A DNA stretch of 32,000 nucleotides, taken from positions 3,086,497-3,118,496 of the forward strand of contig NC_003902.1 in the NCBI RefSeq assembly GCF_000007145.1. Direction: 5' to 3'. Below the pieces are notes generated by a model. That model worked only from the letters and a program-made list of their open reading frames with translations, was not told the origin of the DNA and did not search any database. A program made the translations under genes and the position numbers. Each line of letters starts with the position of its first letter. The stretch's first letter is position 1. This document shows, in pieces, positions 28,891 through 32,000 of the stretch. This DNA is from Xanthomonas campestris pv. campestris str. ATCC 33913 (GTDB taxonomy: Bacteria; Pseudomonadota; Gammaproteobacteria; Xanthomonadales; Xanthomonadaceae).

Positions 28891-30309
28891 ATGTACCCAC
28901 AACAGGTTGTTGCCGAAGCGAGCTTCCCCCGCGTGTTGCTGCCCTCCTGCAGCGGCGGGCGGCCGGTGGAAGTGATCCTGATCGCCCAGCTGGATCCAGG
29001 CGCCGGCGACGGTCTGATCGCGCAGGCCGGCCTGCGGCAACAGCAGCACCCGGCCCATCACGCCGCACTGGACGAGCCATCGGCGCAGCTGTCGGCACCG
29101 GACTTCCAGCTGGGCGACCCGGCCTCGCTGTTCTCGTTTTCGGTCGGCCCGCAGGGGCACCCGTTCCACTGCCATGCCGGCAACCGCGTGTTCACTGCGG
29201 TGACCGGCAGCGGCGGCGCGCAGTTGCGGTTCTCCACCGCTTCGGCGCAGCAGATTGCGCAGGATCCGCAGGCCTTCCTGCACGCGCTGCGCCATGTGGA
29301 CCTGCCCGGCGACAGCCTGTTCACGGTGCGCTTTGGCGGTGGCACCTGGCATCAGTTCGCGCCGGCGCGCGGCAGCGCGAGCCATTCGGCGTTGTTCGCC
29401 CTGTCCTGCCATCCCGATGAAGCCGCGGGCGCGCTGGACAGCGCACAGCAGGCGTTGGTCAGCAGTGGCCAGGCCACCATCGCCAGCCTCACCGAGCTGC
29501 TGCCGGAGGCGGTCACCGCATTGCTGGAATCGGACCAGTTCCGTGCCAGCGAGGTGCCGACCACCGCGCTGTCCTTCAACGTCAGACCACAGAGCTGGCA
29601 GCAGCGTGCGTGCGCCCGTGCGCGGCGCTGGGCCGGTCGCCTGCGCCAGGCCCTGGCGCTGACGCAACGTGGCGGCTTCGTGGCCACCAGTGCGCCGGCA
29701 CCGCGTGTGCGCGCACTGCCCACCGTGGCCGACGATGCGCTGCTGCACGCGCACTTCAGCGCGCCGATGCACTACCAGGACAGCCATCAGGTGCAACTGG
29801 ATACGCGCCAGTTGCGCAGCGACAGGCTGCCGGAGCTGATGTGCGACCTGCTGCAGGCCTTCATCGACCAGCCACCGAGCGGGGTGAGCGGATTGATGCG
29901 GCTGCGCAACCTGATGGTCAGACCGCTGGGGCTGCGCACCTCGCCGCTGGGTTGCCCGGTGTCATCGTTACTGGACCCGCATGCAGCGCAGCGGTTCGCC
30001 GGCCGTTTCCCGGTGCTGGCCCACCGCAGCGATGCCGATGGCCGGCAGGTGCAGGTGCTGCTGGGCGCGGACGACAAACACGTGCGTTTCCGCTCGGCGA
30101 TCAGCGTGCGCCGTACCGGTGAACACACGCTCGCGGTGACCATGGCTACGCAGGTGCATTGCCGCAACCTGTTCGGGCACCTGTACATGGCGGCGATCCA
30201 CCGCACCCATCGTCACTACATCATGCCGGCCATGCTCGGCAGCGCCGCACGGCAGGTGCTGGAGACGGCGCAGCACGCGCAGGCAAGCTGGCGCCCGCAG
30301 CCGGCATGA
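28891..30309 (+). CDS. Two-domain protein: N-terminal cupin-like domain fused to a C-terminal DUF2867 domain
   Basis: 472 aa from ATG 28891, with AAGGA at 28881-28885 (alternative ATG 28873). The N-terminal half has HCH-x3-R-x6-G and GGGTWHQF cupin-like motifs. The C-terminal half has LMRLRNLMVRPLGLRT, FPVL, LGADDKHVRFRSAISV and HRHYIMPAMLG, which match DUF2867 as I recall it. Confidence 0.7.
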   Translation: MYPQQVVAEASFPRVLLPSCSGGRPVEVILIAQLDPGAGDGLIAQAGLRQQQHPAHHAALDEPSAQLSAPDFQLGDPASLFSFSVGPQGHPFHCHAGNRVFTAVTGSGGAQLRFSTASAQQIAQDPQAFLHALRHVDLPGDSLFTVRFGGGTWHQFAPARGSASHSALFALSCHPDEAAGALDSAQQALVSSGQATIASLTELLPEAVTALLESDQFRASEVPTTALSFNVRPQSWQQRACARARRWAGRLRQALALTQRGGFVATSAPAPRVRALPTVADDALLHAHFSAPMHYQDSHQVQLDTRQLRSDRLPELMCDLLQAFIDQPPSGVSGLMRLRNLMVRPLGLRTSPLGCPVSSLLDPHAAQRFAGRFPVLAHRSDADGRQVQVLLGADDKHVRFRSAISVRRTGEHTLAVTMATQVHCRNLFGHLYMAAIHRTHRHYIMPAMLGSAARQVLETAQHAQASWRPQPA

Positions 30310-30325
30310 AACGCACGACGCGGAG

Positions 30326-30358
30326 GCGGCAGGCCATCACCTTGCCTTTGCCTGCCGC
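30326..30358 (+). other. Hairpin between the cupin-DUF2867 gene and the acidic-protein gene
   Basis: Perfect 9-bp stem GCGGCAGGC / GCCTGCCGC with a 15-nt loop. Weak T content downstream; a possible attenuator or terminator. Confidence 0.35.
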
Positions 30359-30398
30359 TACCTAGGCTTTGCGTTCCCACCACTCAGGACCAACGCCC

Positions 30399-30692
30399 AT
30401 GCCGACTCTTCGCATGCGTATCACCGGCACCGACGACGATGCCCGCGCCATTGGCAATCTGTTGCAGAGCATCGAAGGCATCGAGCACGTCGAGGAAGTC
30501 GACGATCTGATGCCGCACCTGGACGATGACGACTCCAGTTCGGCAGGTCTGTCCGACGACGAAGGTCCGGGCACGCACGAATTCGAAGTGGAAGCCGGCA
30601 ACGAATCCACCGCGCAAAAGGTGCGCGACGCCGTGCAGGAACTGGCGCTGCAGCTGGATGTCTTCATTGAATTCGAGGTCGACGAGGGCTAA
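30399..30692 (+). CDS. Small, highly acidic hypothetical protein with internal duplication
   Basis: 97 aa from ATG 30399 (AGGA 9 nt upstream; the track ORF begins at TTG 30369). Good GC3 bias. By hand count, 27 Asp/Glu versus 5 Arg/Lys. Confidence 0.6.
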   Translation: MPTLRMRITGTDDDARAIGNLLQSIEGIEHVEEVDDLMPHLDDDDSSSAGLSDDEGPGTHEFEVEAGNESTAQKVRDAVQELALQLDVFIEFEVDEG

Positions 30693-30895
30693 GAGCGGCT
30701 AACAAAACGTAGCGAGCAGCCGTCAGGTGGGTGCGGACGGCGCGGAGAAACCGGAGTGTACGTGGGTACATGCCGATTCCGAGCACCGGCCGCGCCCGCC
30801 TGGCGGCTGCGCAGTCGTTTTGATAGCTGCTCTAAGCCCGCATCGCACTGCCGCATCTGGGCAGGCCAGCGCTGTGCGTCGGCCTGCCTGACGCG

Positions 30896-31696
30896 TCACA
30901 CCACCCGGCGGCGCCGCGCCCGCCAGCGCCACGCCAGCCGCAGCAACCAGCCGACAATGGCCAGCACCACCACGACCGGCACCAGTGCCGCCACCGCACG
31001 GATGACGAAGGCTACGCTGGACGCAAACACCTGACCGAACTCGGCAGCCGCTTCGGCAATCTCGCCGCGGCCCTGTTCGCCGCTTGTCCCGCGGAACTCG
31101 ATGGTCAGCAACTGCGTGCGCACGCGGCGCTGCTGTTGCGCAGCCTGTTGCTGGGTCTGCTGCGCTTCGGCTTCGATCTCGGCCAGCCGCTTGGACAAGG
31201 CCAACAGATCCGTCACCGCCAGATCATGCCGCTGTTGCAGCTGCAGCAGCCGGGCATGTTCGTTTTGCAGGCGCGCTTGCGCCAGGCCGGTGTCGGCGAT
31301 CTGCTGCGCCAGGTCTTCGGCATGCGTGGTGCGCGCGGCCACATCGCCTTGCTGGCCAGCCAGCTGCACCAACGGGTCCACGCCGTCCGGCGCCACGCGC
31401 ACGCGAATGCTGCCACTGGGCGCGCGCCCGCCTTCCTGCGACACCGCCAGCAACGCGCAATCGCCGTACTGCGCCGACTGGCAGGCGGTGCGCACTGCGG
31501 TGATGCGTGGGCCGATCTGGTCGGCGGCCAAGTCGATCCGCACTTCGTGCTCATACGCCAGCAAATTGCCCTGGCCGGACGGCGGCGCCGCCGGCGCAGC
31601 GGCTCCGCCGGCAAGCTCGCGCTGCTGTTTCGCGCAGCCTGCCACAAGGCCACAGGACAACAACGCCAGCAGCACCGTGCGCAGCGCGGCGCTCAT
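30896..31696 (-). CDS. DUF4349-like lipoprotein with coiled-coil region and C-terminal TM anchor
   Basis: 266 aa from ATG 31696, with AAGGAG upstream. Lipobox LVAGC. Gln-rich coiled segment (LQNEHARLLQLQQRH...EAEAQQTQQQAAQQQRR). C-terminal helix ALVPVVVVLAIVGWLL followed by an Arg-rich tail. Confidence 0.72.
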   Translation of the reverse strand: MSAALRTVLLALLSCGLVAGCAKQQRELAGGAAAPAAPPSGQGNLLAYEHEVRIDLAADQIGPRITAVRTACQSAQYGDCALLAVSQEGGRAPSGSIRVRVAPDGVDPLVQLAGQQGDVAARTTHAEDLAQQIADTGLAQARLQNEHARLLQLQQRHDLAVTDLLALSKRLAEIEAEAQQTQQQAAQQQRRVRTQLLTIEFRGTSGEQGRGEIAEAAAEFGQVFASSVAFVIRAVAALVPVVVVLAIVGWLLRLAWRWRARRRRVV

Positions 31697-31818
31697 CGGC
31701 TGGCTCCTTCGGCCGCATGGCACGGCGAGCAATTGCAGCCGTCCACGCCACGGATGGGGGTTTCGGTGTGCAGATCGAACGCGATGCGTCCGCAATCAAA
31801 ACTGCCGGTGTCGTGCAT
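31693..31818 (-). CDS. 41-codon ORF resembling only the N-terminal part of a GFA/CENP-V zinc-binding protein (possible remnant)
   Basis: MHDTGSFDCGRIAFDLHTETPIRGVDGCNCSPCHAAEGASR. AAGGAGGTG lies upstream of ATG 31818. Its stop overlaps the DUF4349 start as ATGA (31696-31693). Confidence 0.35.
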   Translation of the reverse strand: MHDTGSFDCGRIAFDLHTETPIRGVDGCNCSPCHAAEGASR

Positions 31819-31918
31819 GGTCCACCTCCTTGGAAGGTGGCCAGGGTAAACCAATGGCGGATGCGGCCGGCAGCCTGGATGCCTATGCTGGGCGATTGCT
31901 ACCACCCAGGACTCACGA

Positions 31919-32000
31919 ATGCGTCAACGCCTGCTCGTCCTCGCCCTGCTCGCCGGTCTCAGCGCCTGCCAGCAGCCCGAACCGCCGCGTGCCGGCACCG
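31919..32000 (+). CDS. 5' end of a lipoprotein gene (continues beyond the window)
   Basis: ATG 31919 with AGGA 7 nt upstream. MRQRLLVLALLAGLSACQQPEPPRAGT is a signal peptide with lipobox LSAC. Only 27 codons are visible. Confidence 0.5.
   Translation, partial: MRQRLLVLALLAGLSACQQPEPPRAGT

Overview
GC-rich gammaproteobacterial chromosome segment. Gene content, synteny and dispersed GGGAATC heptamer arrays suggest Xanthomonas or a close relative (inference, not checked by search). Most of it is core housekeeping. The left part carries pmbA, yjgA and tldD, then a DUF6065 gene, yhdP, rng and maf (the block that lies next to mreBCD in E. coli). Next come a SIMPL protein, an orphan TonB, rlmH, a Tat-signal PhoX/DUF839 protein, and rsfS-nadD-holA-lptE-leuS. 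The right third (about 22.4-32 kb) looks more accessory: DUF998, thioredoxin-TPR, DUF4442, DUF378, a cyclophilin, a divergent EamA/LysR pair, an ArsR-family regulator with a cupin-like/DUF2867 fusion protein, a very acidic small protein, and a DUF4349 lipoprotein. I found no rRNA, tRNA, CRISPR array, transposase or integrase, and no recognisable defence, secretion or biosynthetic cluster. The observations most worth a second look are: (1) leuS is split by a single extra G; (2) a 36-bp, about 19% GC tandem and palindromic TTAATTAG block forms the promoter-operator region of the ArsR/cupin-DUF2867 locus, my best candidate for an uncharacterised small system; (3) a GGGAATC heptamer-array family (G-quadruplex-type spacing) sits at gene boundaries, and one array lies inside the only canonical reading frame leading into nadD; (4) two further intergenic tandem-repeat families lie in the pmbA/yjgA and leuS/lptE spacers. 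All domain calls come from reading the translations, not from database searches. Many long ORFs in the supplied track are alternate-frame shadows typical of high-GC DNA and were rejected.
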